Of a DNA stretch of 64,000 bases, positions 50,892 through 60,905 are shown piece after piece (within the stretch, counting starts at the first letter, position 1; each line of letters begins with the position of its first letter). The notes under the pieces were generated by a model. That model made no database searches. It was not told where the DNA came from and was given only the letters and a program-made list of their open reading frames with translations. Source of the DNA: an uncultured Oscillospiraceae bacterium (GTDB taxonomy: Bacteria > Bacillota > Clostridia > Oscillospirales > Oscillospiraceae); NCBI GenBank assembly GCA_947624985.1, contig CANQMO010000012.1, positions 19,549 through 83,548 of the forward strand, read 5' to 3'. Both the position numbers and the translations under genes were made by a program.

Positions 50892-52514
50892 ATGAAGAAG
50901 TTTATCGCGCTCGTTATGGCTCTGGCGATGGCCCTGTCCATGGGCATCCCGGCCATGGCCGCCGAGGGCACCGATCTGAACGTGATGATCGAGACCCCCG
51001 TGGAGTCCCTGGACCCCCAGATCGCCACTGACGGTACCTCCTTCGAGGTCATCGCCGGCTACACCGACGGCCTGACCCAGATGGACGCCGAGGGCGGCGC
51101 CATCCCCGCCATCGCCGAGAGCTGGGATATCTCCGACGACGGCACCGTGTACACCTTCCATCTGCGTGAGGACGCCGTTTGGAGCAACGGCGAGCCCGTC
51201 ACCGCCGCCGACTTCGTGTTCGGCTGGCAGCGCGCCGTGGACCCCGCCAACGCCTCTGAGTACTCCTACATGCTCAGCGACATCGGCCAGGTCGTCAACG
51301 CCGCCGAGATCATCGCCGGCGAGAAGGACGTGTCCGAGCTGGGTGTCAAGGCTGTGGACGACAAGACCCTGGAAGTGACCCTGAACGTTCCCGTCAGCTA
51401 CTTCCTGAGCCTGATGTACTTCCCCACCTACTACCCCGTGAACCAGGCGTTCTTTGAGTCCGTGGGCGACACCTTTGGCACCAGCCCCGAGACCGTGCTC
51501 TCCAACGGCGCGTTCATCCTGGACAGCTATGAGCCCGCCGCCACCGCCTTCCACATGACCAAGAACCCCGACTACTACAACGCCGACAGCGTGCAGATCT
51601 CCGGCGTCAGCTATCAGCTGATCCAGGACTCCCAGCAGGCCCTCATGAGCTACCAGACCGGCGCGCTTGACACCGTGCTGGTCAACGGCGAGCAGGTGGA
51701 GCAGGTCAAGGACGATCCCTCCTTCCTGACCGTGGGCGCCGGCTACCTGTGGTATGTCAGCCCCAACATCAAGGGCGTGCCTGAACTGGCCAACCTGAAC
51801 GTCCGTATGGCCCTTACTTACGCCATCGACCGCGCGGCCATCACCGAGAGCGTGCTGATGGACGGCTCCATCCCCACCTACACCGCCGTGCCTCTGCAGT
51901 TCGCCACCGGCCCCGACGGCTCCGACTTCTCCGGCGACCAGACCCTGTTCGCTGACTACTGCGCCGACGACGCCGAGAAGGCCGCCGAGTACTGGGCTGC
52001 CGGCCTGGAAGAGCTGGGCATCGACTCCCTGGAGCTGGACATGGTCGTGGACGCGGACGACGCCCCCCAGAAGGTGGCCGCCGTGCTGAAGGAGCAGTGG
52101 GAGACCACCCTGCCCGGCCTGACCGTGAACCTGACCGTGGAGCCCAAGAAGCAGCGCGTCGAGGATATGCAGAACGGCGCCTTTGAGCTTGGCCTGACCC
52201 GCTGGGGCCCCGACTATGCCGATCCTATGACCTATCTGGGCATGTGGGTCACCGACAACGCCAACAACTACGGCTTCTGGAGCAACGAGGAGTATGACGC
52301 CATCATCGACGAGTGCACCACCGGCGATTTGTGCACCGACCCCGAGGGCCGCTGGGCCGCGCTCTATGACGCCGAGGAACTGGTGATGGCCGACGCCGTC
52401 ATCTTCCCGCTGTACACCCAGGCCAACGCGGAGATGATCGCTGCCAACGTCACCGGCATCGAGCATCACCCCTGCGCCCTGAACCGCGTGTTCAAGAACG
52501 TGGTCAAGGGCTGA
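50892..52514 (+). CDS. Peptide ABC transporter substrate-binding protein (family 5, Opp/Dpp type)
   Basis: GGAGG RBS. Signal peptide MKKFIALVMALAMALSMGIPAMA. SBP_bac_5 features are present: ...LDPQIATDGTSFEVI..., WSNGEPVTAADFVF. Confidence 0.85.
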   Translation: MKKFIALVMALAMALSMGIPAMAAEGTDLNVMIETPVESLDPQIATDGTSFEVIAGYTDGLTQMDAEGGAIPAIAESWDISDDGTVYTFHLREDAVWSNGEPVTAADFVFGWQRAVDPANASEYSYMLSDIGQVVNAAEIIAGEKDVSELGVKAVDDKTLEVTLNVPVSYFLSLMYFPTYYPVNQAFFESVGDTFGTSPETVLSNGAFILDSYEPAATAFHMTKNPDYYNADSVQISGVSYQLIQDSQQALMSYQTGALDTVLVNGEQVEQVKDDPSFLTVGAGYLWYVSPNIKGVPELANLNVRMALTYAIDRAAITESVLMDGSIPTYTAVPLQFATGPDGSDFSGDQTLFADYCADDAEKAAEYWAAGLEELGIDSLELDMVVDADDAPQKVAAVLKEQWETTLPGLTVNLTVEPKKQRVEDMQNGAFELGLTRWGPDYADPMTYLGMWVTDNANNYGFWSNEEYDAIIDECTTGDLCTDPEGRWAALYDAEELVMADAVIFPLYTQANAEMIAANVTGIEHHPCALNRVFKNVVKG

Positions 52515-52595
52515 AGTCTGGACCCCAAGCATTGACCCTGGCCGCGCCGAAGCGCAAAACTTTGGCGCGGCCTTTCCATTATCGAGGAGGCTACC

Positions 52596-53531
52596 GTGAA
52601 GAAGTACACGCTCAAACGGCTGCTGACGAGCCTATTCACACTGCTGGCGATATTGCTGGTGCTGTTCATCCTGATGCAGCTCATGCCCGGCTCTCCCTTC
52701 AACGACGAGAAGCTGAACGATGACCAGCGGGCCGCGCTGTACGCCAAGTACGGACTGGACCAGCCGGTGCTGGTGCAGTTTTTCCGCTATGTGGGGAACA
52801 TGCTCAAGGGCGACTACGGCGTCAGCTACAACATCTCCAAGAACACGCCCATCTCCCAGCTCATCCAGACCCGCCTGCCCATCTCCATCGGCATCGGCGG
52901 CGCGGCTGTGGCCCTGGGGGCCGTGATGGGGCTGATACTGGGCCTCATCGCCGCGCTGAAGCACGGCACGTTCTGGGATACCATCGCCACCATCATCTCC
53001 GTCATCGGCGTGTCTGTGCCCTCCTATGTGTTCGCCCTGGGCCTTTCCTACACGCTGGGCTTCCGCATGCAGTGGTTCCCCATGCTCTACAACGCCCAGC
53101 TGGCCACCCAGTCCAGCGTCCTTCCAAGCATCGCCCTTTCCATGTTCACCATGGCCTCCATAGCCCGGTTCACCCGCACGGAGATGCTGGAGGTGCTGGA
53201 CAGTGACTATATGCTCCTGGCCGAGAGCAAGGGCATCTCCGGCCCGGCGCTCATCTTCCGCCATGCCCTTCGCAACGCGCTCATCCCCATCATCACCGTG
53301 CTGGCCCCCCTGATCGTGGACCTGATGACCGGCTCGCTGGTGGTGGAGAAGATCTTCGCCATCCCCGGCGTGGGCAGCCTGCTTGTCAACGCCATCCAAT
53401 CCAACGACTATAACGTGGTCATCTCTCTGAGTTTTATCTACTCAGCTATGTATATCGGCATCATGCTGGTGGTGGACATCCTCTATGGCGTCATCGACCC
53501 CCGCATCCGGCTGGCAAAGGAGGGCGACTGA
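52596..53531 (+). CDS. Peptide ABC transporter permease (OppB/DppB-like)
   Basis: GAGGAGG RBS and GTG start. MKKYTLKRLLTSLFTLLAILLVLFILMQLMPGSPF is the typical OppB N-terminus. Confidence 0.85.
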   Translation: MKKYTLKRLLTSLFTLLAILLVLFILMQLMPGSPFNDEKLNDDQRAALYAKYGLDQPVLVQFFRYVGNMLKGDYGVSYNISKNTPISQLIQTRLPISIGIGGAAVALGAVMGLILGLIAALKHGTFWDTIATIISVIGVSVPSYVFALGLSYTLGFRMQWFPMLYNAQLATQSSVLPSIALSMFTMASIARFTRTEMLEVLDSDYMLLAESKGISGPALIFRHALRNALIPIITVLAPLIVDLMTGSLVVEKIFAIPGVGSLLVNAIQSNDYNVVISLSFIYSAMYIGIMLVVDILYGVIDPRIRLAKEGD

Positions 53532-53532
53532 A

Positions 53533-54594
53533 ATGGCAAAAACAAAGACCCCTGCCATGGCCGCCGTGCCCTATGTGCCCGTGGCGGAGGATTTCGTGCT
53601 GAAAAACGCCTCCGGGGAGCTGGCGTTAGACGCCAACTTCGCCTCCCAGAGCTTCTGGAAGGACGTGCTCATCCGCTTCTTCCGGAAAAAGAGCGCCGTC
53701 ATCGGCATGCTGCTCATCATCATTATTACGCTGCTGGCCATCGTGGGCCCGGGCATGAACGCCTATACCTACTCCGGCCAGACCCTGTCGGAGAAGAACC
53801 TGGCGCCCCGTGTGGCGGCGCTGGAGAAGTTCGGCATCTTTGACGGCAGCGAGACCATGCGCACCACCACCGGGTCCAAGACCGTAAACAACTACGTGGA
53901 TAAGGGCCTGGAGGACGTGTATTACTGGTTCGGCAGCGACAACTTCGGCCGGGACATCTGGACCCGCACATGGTCCGGCACCCGGGTCAGCCTCATCATC
54001 GCCGCCGCCGCGACCCTCATCGACATGATCATCGGCATGAGCTACGGCCTCATTTCCGGCTACTTCGGCGGCAAGGTGGATATGCTCATGCAGCGGTTTT
54101 TGGAGATCATGAACGGCATCCCCAGGCTCGTCATCGTGACGTTGCTGCTGCTGGTGCTGGAGCCGGGCATGCTCACCATCATCTTCGCTCTGATGCTCAC
54201 CGAGTGGGTGGGCATGAGCCGCATCGCCCGGGCGGAGATGCTGAAACTGAAAGAGCAGGAGTTCGTCCTGGCCTCCCGGACCCTGGGCGCGGGCAAGTTC
54301 TTCATCATCTTCAAGGAGATACTGCCTAACATCATCGGGCCCATCATCACCCAGGTGATGTTCTCCATCCCCACCGCCATCTTCACAGAGGCCTTCCTGA
54401 GCTTCGTGGGCCTGGGCATCCCTGTGCCCCGGTGCTCTCTGGGCTCGCTGATCTCCGACGGCTACAACAGCTTCACCACCCACCCCTTCCAGATCGTCCC
54501 GCCGGTGGTGGTCATGGCCCTTTTGATGTTCAGCTTCAACCTGGTGGCCGACGGCCTGCGGGAGGCTCTGGACCCCAAGATGAAGGAAGTGTGA
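53533..54594 (+). CDS. Peptide ABC transporter permease (OppC/DppC-like)
   Basis: ATG lies 2 nt after the previous stop. ...FWKDVLIRFFRKKSAVIGMLLI... and GSDNFGRDIWTR (the typical LGTD..GRD variant). Confidence 0.85.
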   Translation: MAKTKTPAMAAVPYVPVAEDFVLKNASGELALDANFASQSFWKDVLIRFFRKKSAVIGMLLIIIITLLAIVGPGMNAYTYSGQTLSEKNLAPRVAALEKFGIFDGSETMRTTTGSKTVNNYVDKGLEDVYYWFGSDNFGRDIWTRTWSGTRVSLIIAAAATLIDMIIGMSYGLISGYFGGKVDMLMQRFLEIMNGIPRLVIVTLLLLVLEPGMLTIIFALMLTEWVGMSRIARAEMLKLKEQEFVLASRTLGAGKFFIIFKEILPNIIGPIITQVMFSIPTAIFTEAFLSFVGLGIPVPRCSLGSLISDGYNSFTTHPFQIVPPVVVMALLMFSFNLVADGLREALDPKMKEV

Positions 54595-54601
54595 GGCCGC
54601 C

Positions 54602-55696
54602 ATGGAAGAGAAAGAAAAGATCATCGATATAAAGGACCTGGACATCTCCTTCAAAACCACCGCGGGCGTGGTCCATGCCATACGGGGCGTGGACATCGAC
54701 CTTTACAAGGGCGAGACCGTGGCGATCGTGGGTGAGTCCGGCTCGGGCAAGTCCGTGACCATGAAGGCGGCCATGGGCATTCTGGCCAGCAACGCCACGG
54801 TGAACAGCGGGACGATCCAGTTCAACTATCACCACCTGGCGGACGGCTCGCCCGCCAGCGTGGATATCCTGAAGCAGGATAAAAAGTGGATACGCAGCCA
54901 CATCAACGGCCGGCGCATCGCCATGGTGTTCCAGGACCCCATGACCAGCCTGGACCCTACCATGCCCATCGGCAAGCAGATCATGGAGGGAATGATCTGG
55001 CACTACAAGACCCCCAAGGCGGAGGCACGGGCCAAGGCTATCGACCTGCTGCGGGAGGTGGGCATAGACGACCCGGAAAAGCGGATGAAGAACTACCCCC
55101 ACCAGCTCTCCGGCGGCATGCGCCAGCGGGTGGTCATCGCCATCGCCCTCAGCTGTGACCCGGACCTTCTCATCTGCGACGAGCCCACCACGGCTCTGGA
55201 CGTGACCATCCAGGCCAAGATCATCGAGCTTATCCGCCGGCTCCAGAAGGAGCGGGGCATCTCCGTCATCTATATCACCCATGACCTGGGCGTGGTGGCG
55301 AAGGTGGCGGACTACGTAAACGTAATGTACGCGGGCAAGATCGTGGAGAAGGGGACCATCAACGAGATATTCTACGACCCCCGCCACCCCTACACCTGGG
55401 GCCTGCTGTCCGCCATGCCGGACCTGGAGACGGCGGACGAGCGGCTCTACACTATCCCCGGCTCCCCGCCGAACCTTCTCTATGAGAAGTCCGGCGACGC
55501 TTTCTCCCCGCGGAATCGGTATGCTTTGGCGGTGGACGACAAGGCGGAGCCGCCCATGTTCAAGATCACAGACACCCATTACGCGGCAACGTGGCTTCTG
55601 GACTCCCGGGCTCCCAAGGTGGAGATGCCCGAGGAGCTGAAGGCGCGTATCCAGCGGATGAAGGAGGAGGCGAGCAAGCATGGCGGCGAACTATAA
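54602..55696 (+). CDS. Peptide ABC transporter ATP-binding protein (OppD-like)
   Basis: Walker [34 protein letters not shown] and the oligopeptide C-terminal domain (HPYTWGLL). Confidence 0.9.
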   Translation: MEEKEKIIDIKDLDISFKTTAGVVHAIRGVDIDLYKGETVAIVGESGSGKSVTMKAAMGILASNATVNSGTIQFNYHHLADGSPASVDILKQDKKWIRSHINGRRIAMVFQDPMTSLDPTMPIGKQIMEGMIWHYKTPKAEARAKAIDLLREVGIDDPEKRMKNYPHQLSGGMRQRVVIAIALSCDPDLLICDEPTTALDVTIQAKIIELIRRLQKERGISVIYITHDLGVVAKVADYVNVMYAGKIVEKGTINEIFYDPRHPYTWGLLSAMPDLETADERLYTIPGSPPNLLYEKSGDAFSPRNRYALAVDDKAEPPMFKITDTHYAATWLLDSRAPKVEMPEELKARIQRMKEEASKHGGEL

Positions 55697-56612
55697 CGGT
55701 GAACCTCTCCTGCGGGTGGAGGGCCTGAAGCAGTACTTTCATGTGAGCCGCACCTTCACCGTGAAGGCCGTGGAGAATGTGGACTTCGTCATCTACCCCG
55801 GTGAGACCTACGGCCTGGTGGGGGAGTCCGGCTCGGGCAAATCCACCATCGGCCGCAGCGTCATACGCCTGTACGACCCCACCGCCGGCACTATCCGCTT
55901 TAACGGCATGGATATCTCCGGAAAGATGAAGGCGGCGGATCAGGAGGCCCTGCGGACCCAAATGCAGATGATATTCCAGGACCCCATGGCCTCCCTGAAT
56001 CCCCGGAAGAAGGTGGAGGATATCATCGCCGAGGGTCTGGATATCCACCATGTGTGCAAGAGCGGCGCGGAGCGCTCCGAGATGGTCCGGGCCATCCTGG
56101 CCAAGGTGGGCCTGGCCCCGGAGCACGCGGGCCGGTACCCCCACCAGTTCTCCGGCGGACAGCGGCAGCGGGTGGGCATCGCCCGGGCTCTGGTCATGAA
56201 CCCCAAGCTCATCATCGCCGACGAGTGCATCTCGGCCCTGGACGTGTCCATCCAGGCGCAGGTGGTGAACCTGATGAAGGACATCCAGGAGGAGACGGGC
56301 ACGGCGTATCTCTTCATTGCCCACGACCTCTCTATGGTCAAGTATATCTCCGACCGCATCGGGGTGCTCCATCTGGGCCATCTGCTGGAGACGGGCACTA
56401 CGGACGAGATATTCGCCCACCCGGTCCACCCCTATACCCGGAGCCTTCTCTCCGCCATCCCGACGCCCAACCCGGTGGTGGAGAAACAGCGTGTGGCGGA
56501 GAGCTATGACTACAAAACCTCCGGCATCGACTATGACAAGGGCACCAACCACCTGGTGGAGGGCACCCACTACGTCAAGTGTACCGACGAGGAGTTCGCC
56601 TCCTGGGTCTGA
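55680..56612 (+). CDS. Peptide ABC transporter ATP-binding protein (OppF-like)
   Basis: Walker [35 protein letters not shown] and HPYTRSLL. The start overlaps the oppD-like stop. Confidence 0.9.
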   Translation: MAANYNGEPLLRVEGLKQYFHVSRTFTVKAVENVDFVIYPGETYGLVGESGSGKSTIGRSVIRLYDPTAGTIRFNGMDISGKMKAADQEALRTQMQMIFQDPMASLNPRKKVEDIIAEGLDIHHVCKSGAERSEMVRAILAKVGLAPEHAGRYPHQFSGGQRQRVGIARALVMNPKLIIADECISALDVSIQAQVVNLMKDIQEETGTAYLFIAHDLSMVKYISDRIGVLHLGHLLETGTTDEIFAHPVHPYTRSLLSAIPTPNPVVEKQRVAESYDYKTSGIDYDKGTNHLVEGTHYVKCTDEEFASWV

Positions 56613-56763
56613 AAAAACATATGAGACAGCCTCCGGGCGCAATGAACTGTACCGGCTTTCGTATTCGGCTGCGGCTCATTCTACCCCAATAGCGCAGCCA
56701 AGCGCGCCGGCGTGATACTCGTCCGCCATCCTCGGTGTCATTTGCAAAGTCAGTAAAAAGATC

Positions 56764-56796
56764 GCCCGGTCAGAGAATGCTCTGGCCGGGCTTTTT
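56764..56796. terminator. Bidirectional terminator
   Basis: GCCCGGTCAGAG-AATG-CTCTGGCCGGGC forms a 12-bp stem (one G-U pair), flanked by AAAAAG on the left and TTTTT on the right. Confidence 0.75.
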
Positions 56797-56819
56797 GCTG
56801 GGTATAAGAAGGGAGAGAG

Positions 56820-57179
56820 TTATGATCGCTTCGCTGGGACCAGCTTGTACTTCAGCCAGCCCACCACGAAGAATACGACGGAGGGTACGACCCGGGCAAA
56901 GCCCATGGAGGCAAAGGGAAACCAGCCAGTGAGCATGGACACACCGGGCACGCCCAGCGCGCTCAGCCCGTCGATAGCGCCGTAGACCAGCGCCGCCAGC
57001 ACACTGTACTTGTGTACGCACCCTGGTTGTGGCAGAGTTTACCCATCAGGGCCACGACAGTGACCACGATGCCCGCCGGGAACACCGTCAGGAAAGCAGG
57101 GCCCGCGAAGTTGATGATATTCTCCACGCCGAAGGAGCCCACTACCGCGCCGATGACACAGATGCCGGCGGTAGCGGCG
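56820..57179 (-). pseudogene. 3' remnant of a branched-chain amino-acid carrier gene (BrnQ-like), truncated and frameshifted
   Basis: Minus-strand translation reads ..AATAGICVIGAVVGSFGVENIINFAGPAFLTVFPAGIVVTVVALMGKL.. and then, in another frame, VLAALVYGAIDGLSALGVPGVSMLTGWFPFASMGFARVVPSVVFFVVGWLKYKLVPAKRS*. The frame changes near 57003-57025. The upstream end abuts the GH31 stop codon. Confidence 0.5.
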
Positions 57180-58940
57180 TTATAGGAAACAAGGTAACTT
57201 TACAAACACAGGAACCCTTCCGTCTGGCGTGGAGCCGATCCATGCCGGTCCCTCAAACTCCTCACCCGTGAAGTAATCCCTCCATCTGCCCGCCGGCAGA
57301 TAAACGGCCCGGGATAACGCATTCTCTTCCAGAAGCGGCGCAATCAGAAGCTCGTCGCCCAGCATATATTCATCATCGCATAGGACCGCCTTTTCATCCT
57401 CCGGCCATCCATATGCCAGGGGACGGAGCATCGGGCAGCTCTCGGCAGCGCACTTGCATGCCTGTTCCCACAGATAGGGCCTCAGTGCCTCGCGCAGTTT
57501 GTGCCAATAACGCATTTCATCTAAAAACTCTGGGGCGGCATAGGCTTCCGCCATATTCCACGGGCTGCGCTCATTGTTTCCCTCTCCGCCGGGCATCAGC
57601 TCCCGGAACTGTCCGCCGTCCGGCTCAGAGTGCCACTGCATGATAGGGCAAAAGCATGCCATCTGGGTCGCCCGCCGGTATAGGTCCAACGACGGCAGCG
57701 GGCCGGCAAATCCGGCCAGGTCAAAGCCCCAGAAGAGGATGCCCGTCGCGGCCGCGGAAAGTCCTGCCCGGAGCACGCTGCGCAATTCGCAGTTTTTGGA
57801 CTGCTGGTCCCCTGCCCAGTGGATGGGCGCGGTGTGCTGCCCCGCGTATCCGGCCCGGCTGAAGATCACTCTCTCCGGGCCGACAAAATCCCTGTAACGC
57901 TCCGCGTAGTCACGCGCATAGCGGTTGACGCCCGTTCTTCCGTCGGTCCCGTCATAGAATCGGGCTTCCGGAGAGTAGATGAACTCCCCGCCGTCCGTCT
58001 TGAATCCGTCCACGCCCATATCCAACAGGTACCGGCGCTTGGAAAACCAGTTGTCCACCGTTTCCGGGTTTGTGAAATCCGGTACCATGGACCCGGAAAA
58101 CCAATTCCCCTCCGGGATGACGTAGGGGCTCCCGTCCGGCATAGTTACGCACAGCCTCCGGCGCACGGCGTCCTCCCGGTCCAGGTCGTTTTGAGGATCT
58201 CTGACCTCGTCCGGCCCCTGCTTTTTATAGACCGGCACCTGCCACAGGAGCAGCTTCAGGCCCTTTTCATGCAGGGAGCGGATCATGCCCACCGGGTCGG
58301 GCCAGGGGCTGCCGGAGAAGTCAAAGTCCTCCAGGGACAAGGCCTTTCCATCCGGAACAGGCGTATATTTTGCCCCGTTCCAGGTGTAGAAGGTAGCCTC
58401 GTCACTCCACGCCTCCAGCACCACGACGGATGCCGGAAAGTCATATCTCTCCAGCTTTTCCGTCAGCGCCTCCACGTCCTTTTGGCACTTCCAGCGGTTG
58501 GCGGACACCCACACGCCGAAGGCCCATTCCGGCGGCAGCGCAGCCGGCCCAAACAGTCCCATGTACTCCCGGATCATCTCAGCAGGCGTACCGGCAAAAG
58601 CTACGGCGTCCGAATTTTCCGGCAGCGAGACGGTGACGGCGGTCTCTCCAAAGGCGAACTCCGTCACCTCACAGGTGTCGATGTAGAGGCCGAAGCCGGT
58701 ATCTGTCCAGAAAAACGGCGCGGGACAGTAGGACTTATCGCCCTGGAAACAGAATTTTTCCTGCACCCGGCATGTGACTGTCCTGCCTTTCAGGTTCAAA
58801 GCGTCATATCTCTCTCCCATGCCGAATGCCGCCAGATAAGCAAGGCTGACTGTCAGCTTCCCGCCGTCACGCGCTACGACGACCTCCCCGCCGGGATACG
58901 GCAGGGAGATCGTCTTTGTATCATGGGGTAATCTGGTCAT
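57180..58940 (-). CDS. Glycoside hydrolase family 31 (alpha-xylosidase/alpha-glucosidase, YicI-like)
   Basis: ...LLLWQVPVY..., GVDGFKTDGGEFIY (nucleophile region) and FSRAGYAGQHTAPIHWAGDQQS are present. No signal peptide. Confidence 0.85.
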   Translation of the reverse strand: MTRLPHDTKTISLPYPGGEVVVARDGGKLTVSLAYLAAFGMGERYDALNLKGRTVTCRVQEKFCFQGDKSYCPAPFFWTDTGFGLYIDTCEVTEFAFGETAVTVSLPENSDAVAFAGTPAEMIREYMGLFGPAALPPEWAFGVWVSANRWKCQKDVEALTEKLERYDFPASVVVLEAWSDEATFYTWNGAKYTPVPDGKALSLEDFDFSGSPWPDPVGMIRSLHEKGLKLLLWQVPVYKKQGPDEVRDPQNDLDREDAVRRRLCVTMPDGSPYVIPEGNWFSGSMVPDFTNPETVDNWFSKRRYLLDMGVDGFKTDGGEFIYSPEARFYDGTDGRTGVNRYARDYAERYRDFVGPERVIFSRAGYAGQHTAPIHWAGDQQSKNCELRSVLRAGLSAAATGILFWGFDLAGFAGPLPSLDLYRRATQMACFCPIMQWHSEPDGGQFRELMPGGEGNNERSPWNMAEAYAAPEFLDEMRYWHKLREALRPYLWEQACKCAAESCPMLRPLAYGWPEDEKAVLCDDEYMLGDELLIAPLLEENALSRAVYLPAGRWRDYFTGEEFEGPAWIGSTPDGRVPVFVKLPCFL

Positions 58941-58947
58941 AGCATGT

Positions 58948-59775
58948 TCATCCTTTGATGCCGCCGGCCATCATGCCGTACTGGAAGCTGCGCTGGGCCA
59001 GAATATAAATGATGATGATCGGGATCATGGAGATAAGGCTGCCGGCCATCAGCAGGGCGTACTGGGGGTTATACTGTCCGGTCAGCGTAGCCAGGGCGAT
59101 GGGGAGGGTCATCTTGCTTCGGTCTGTCAGCATCAGCAGCGGCCAGAGATAGTCGTTCCAGGATTCCATAAACGTGGTCACCATCAGTGTGGCCAGGGTG
59201 GGCTTGCACATGGGCAGGGCGACATTCCGGAACACCTGGAACGTGTTGGCTCCGTCGATACGTGCCGCGTCCAGGAAATCCTGTGGGATGGTGCGCATCT
59301 GCTGGACCAGCATGAACACGGCGAAGGGCCGGAACAGAGAAGGCATTATCACGCTGGAATAGCTGTTGATGAGACCCAGCCGATTCATCACCACAAACAG
59401 GGGTATCATGGTCACCTGTGTGGGTATCATCATCGTGGCCAGGTATACTTTCAGCAGCGGGTCGTTGCCGCGAAAGTGTATTTTGGTGAAGGCGAAGGCC
59501 GCCATGGAAGAGGACAGCAGTGTGATGCCGGTATAGGCCACCGCGATAAACAGGCTGTTTCCCACCGTTCGGGCAAAGGAAAAGGTGGTGAACACATCCA
59601 CATACGCCTGCAGCGTTGGCTCCTCCGGTATCCACTGGATGGGGATGGTCATGACCGCGCCCTGCGTCTTGAGGGATGTGGAGATCATCCACAGAAATGG
59701 GATCATGGATATCACGGCAATGACTGCCGAGACCACATAATATCCCGTAGAGCTCAGCTTTTTCTTAAGAATCAT
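58948..59775 (-). CDS. Carbohydrate ABC transporter permease
   Basis: ...IPFLWMISTSLK... and the DAARIDGA EAA-loop. Confidence 0.85.
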   Translation of the reverse strand: MILKKKLSSTGYYVVSAVIAVISMIPFLWMISTSLKTQGAVMTIPIQWIPEEPTLQAYVDVFTTFSFARTVGNSLFIAVAYTGITLLSSSMAAFAFTKIHFRGNDPLLKVYLATMMIPTQVTMIPLFVVMNRLGLINSYSSVIMPSLFRPFAVFMLVQQMRTIPQDFLDAARIDGANTFQVFRNVALPMCKPTLATLMVTTFMESWNDYLWPLLMLTDRSKMTLPIALATLTGQYNPQYALLMAGSLISMIPIIIIYILAQRSFQYGMMAGGIKG

Positions 59776-60688
59776 AATGCACCCACCTCTTCTGCGCCTT
59801 CATTTGGATAGCCGTGCAGGTCATGATGATCACAAACAGTATCCAGGAGAAGGCGGCGGCGTAGCCCATGCGGAAGTAGCGGAAGCCGTATTTATAAATG
59901 CGCTCCACCATGACCTGGGTCGCCCCATAAGGTCCGCCGTCCGTCATGATCATGATCTGCGGGAACAGCTGGAAGGCGTTGATGAGACTGACGATCAGCA
60001 CATAGAAAATGGCCGGTGTCATCAGCGGCAGTGTTATGCGCATGAACTTTGTCCAGGCGCCCGCTCCGTCCAGGGACGCCGCCTCATAATAGCTCTTGTT
60101 GATGTCCACCATGCCGGACAGAAGGATAAGGCCAAAGAACCCCATGTCCTTCCAGATCGAGACCAGCACGATAGCGGGCATTGCCCATTTCGGGTCCAGC
60201 AGCCATCCGGGGCCTTTGATGCCAAAGAGCGAGAGGATATTGTTCACCGCGCCATACTGCGGGGAGAGCATGGTGGTCCAAATCAGCGATGCGGCCACCC
60301 AGGAGGTGAGCACCGGGAGGTAGTAGATCACCCGAAAGACCAGTACACCTCGGTGCTCCCGGCTGAGCAAAAAGGCGACCATCAGGCTCATGACCAGCAT
60401 TCCAGGTATATAGAGCACGATATAAGTGCCCGTATTCTTCAGCACCTGCCAGAACTCTCCGCCTGTCAAAATGGTTCTATAGTTATCCAGTCCTATGAAG
60501 TGTTCCCGGAAGAAGCCAGGAGCGCCGATGCTGTCCAGTCCGTTCCAGTCTGTCAGGCTGATGCCCACGGAGATCAGCAGCGGGAGAAGCGAGAATATCA
60601 TGAGCCCTATCAGACTTGGAAGAAGAAACGGTGACGCTCGCAGCAGCCCGTCGCGTCCAGGACCGTCATTTCGCTTTCGACGTTTCAT
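59765..60688 (-). CDS. Carbohydrate ABC transporter permease
   Basis: Start MKRRKRNDGPGRDGLLRASPFLLPSLIGLMIF (AGGAGG upstream) and the EAASLDGA EAA-loop. The longer track ORF lacks an RBS. Confidence 0.8.
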   Translation of the reverse strand: MKRRKRNDGPGRDGLLRASPFLLPSLIGLMIFSLLPLLISVGISLTDWNGLDSIGAPGFFREHFIGLDNYRTILTGGEFWQVLKNTGTYIVLYIPGMLVMSLMVAFLLSREHRGVLVFRVIYYLPVLTSWVAASLIWTTMLSPQYGAVNNILSLFGIKGPGWLLDPKWAMPAIVLVSIWKDMGFFGLILLSGMVDINKSYYEAASLDGAGAWTKFMRITLPLMTPAIFYVLIVSLINAFQLFPQIMIMTDGGPYGATQVMVERIYKYGFRYFRMGYAAAFSWILFVIIMTCTAIQMKAQKRWVHYDS

Positions 60689-60863
60689 TGATTTATCGCG
60701 CCTCCTATGGAGTTGTGTAAAGGGGGGCAGCAGAACGGACGAGCTTTGGCGCTTGCCGCCGAAGCGAGGGATGTAGCGCTTGCCCCGACGATGCGAGGAC
60801 TTTTGCGAAGCAAAAGTATCGGCGTCATTAGCGGCTGTCAAAATCCTGTTTTGACAGCCGCAA

Positions 60864-60891
60864 GGGGGAGGAGCTGCGCCGCTCCTCCCCC
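60864..60891 (-). other. Intercistronic GC hairpin between the binding-protein and permease genes
   Basis: GGGGGAGGAGC-TGCGCC-GCTCCTCCCCC is a perfect 11-bp stem. This is the typical position for an mRNA-stabilising or partial-terminator element after an SBP gene. Confidence 0.6.
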
Positions 60892-60905
60892 TCGGTGTCT
60901 ATGTG

